Of a DNA stretch of 64,000 nucleotides, positions 63,193 to 64,000 are shown piece after piece. Below the pieces are notes generated by a model. It worked only from the letters and a program-made list of their open reading frames with translations, had not been told where the DNA came from and made no database searches. Origin of the DNA: an uncultured Clostridium sp. Its GTDB lineage: Bacteria; Bacillota; Clostridia; TANB77; CAG-508. The position numbers and the translations under genes are program-made. Location: NCBI GenBank assembly GCA_946404215.1, contig CAMJCT010000005.1:14685-78684 (forward strand). Reading direction: 5' to 3'. The stretch's first letter is position 1; the number at the start of each line of letters is the position of its first letter.

Positions 63193-64000
63193 ATGAAAAC
63201 AGAAGAAAATATTTTAATTGCTTTTATTTTAAATTTTAGTTTTTCAATTTTTGAATTTTTTGGTGGTATATTTACTAATTCAGTAGCAATATTGTCTGAC
63301 TCTATACATGATATGGGCGATGCTTTAAGTATAGGTATTTCTTTTTTCCTAGAGAAAAAAAGCAAAAAAAAACCTGATAATAATTATACCTATGGATATA
63401 TTAGATATTCCGTCCTTGGAAGTTTAATTACAACAATTATTTTATTAATTGGTTCTATTCTAGTTATATATAAAGCTATTTTTAGAATTATTAACCCTTT
63501 AGAAGTAAATTATAAAGGTATGATACTGCTTGCTATTATAGGTGTTTTAATAAACTCTATGGCAGCATTTTCAACCAGAAACAGTAATTCTCTTAATCAA
63601 AAATCTGTCAACCTTCATATGCTAGAAGATGTCTTAGGGTGGATTATAGTTCTTGTTGGTGCCATAATAATGAATTATACAGATATAAGAATAATTGATC
63701 CTTTAATGAGTATTGGAGTTTCTCTTTTCATACTAATAAATGCATTAAAAAATCTAAAACAAATTTTGGATTTATTTTTAGAAAAAACACCAGAGAACAT
63801 AAATATTTCAGAATTAAAAGAACATCTTAAAAAAATTGATAACATTGAGGATATACATCATATCCACGTATGGAGTATAGATGGATATAATAACTATGCT
63901 ACAATGCATATTGTTACAAAATCAAATGATATTAATAAAATAAAACAAAACATTAGAGAAGAATTAAAGAAATTTGGAATCTGCCATTCTATACTTGAAA
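63193..64000 (+). CDS. czcD: CzcD-like cation diffusion facilitator, runs off the window end
   Basis: ATG 63193 after GGGAG; SDSIHDMGD, YTYGYIRYS, LHMLEDVLGW, IHHIHVWSID; read by hand. Confidence 0.88.
   Translation, partial: MKTEENILIAFILNFSFSIFEFFGGIFTNSVAILSDSIHDMGDALSIGISFFLEKKSKKKPDNNYTYGYIRYSVLGSLITTIILLIGSILVIYKAIFRIINPLEVNYKGMILLAIIGVLINSMAAFSTRNSNSLNQKSVNLHMLEDVLGWIIVLVGAIIMNYTDIRIIDPLMSIGVSLFILINALKNLKQILDLFLEKTPENINISELKEHLKKIDNIEDIHHIHVWSIDGYNNYATMHIVTKSNDINKIKQNIREELKKFGICHSILE

Noticed and set aside
281-63365. Numerous short antisense ORFs in the ORF track (for example 10344-10892, 40653-41165, 58879-59343, 63162-63365)
   Set aside because: They overlap well-supported genes on the opposite strand and have Phe/Ser/Ile-rich shadow composition without motifs

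Overview
AT-rich chromosomal segment of a spore-forming clostridial (Bacillota) bacterium. It carries housekeeping clusters (yicC-remA-rpoZ-gmk-priA-def-fmt; asp23-amaP-nusB-xseAB-fhs-uvrA; dapF-dapL-rbgA-mrnC; metG), sporulation genes (spoIIIAA-AH, cotJAB, gpr, ytxC, asnB/asnO-like), an SOS-type Y-family polymerase/YolD cassette, tRNA-Leu(CAA), tRNA-Glu(CTC), a family of palindromic MITE-like repeats with 8-bp target-site duplications, and a decayed accessory region near 58-63 kb. The main observation is that seven otherwise intact genes are broken by 11 identical +1 frame breaks, with a likely 12th in an eighth gene. At each break an in-frame CGG codon is followed by A or T, and skipping the C restores a Gly codon (GGA/GGT) and a full-length protein. 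Several of these glycines lie in conserved motifs. In my manual scan nearly every in-frame CGG in the window is such a site, while the many out-of-frame CGG trinucleotides are harmless. This suggests a lineage-wide recoding rule (CGG-triggered +1 frameshifting, or CGGN read as Gly) rather than pseudogenes. A systematic sequencing artefact must still be excluded.
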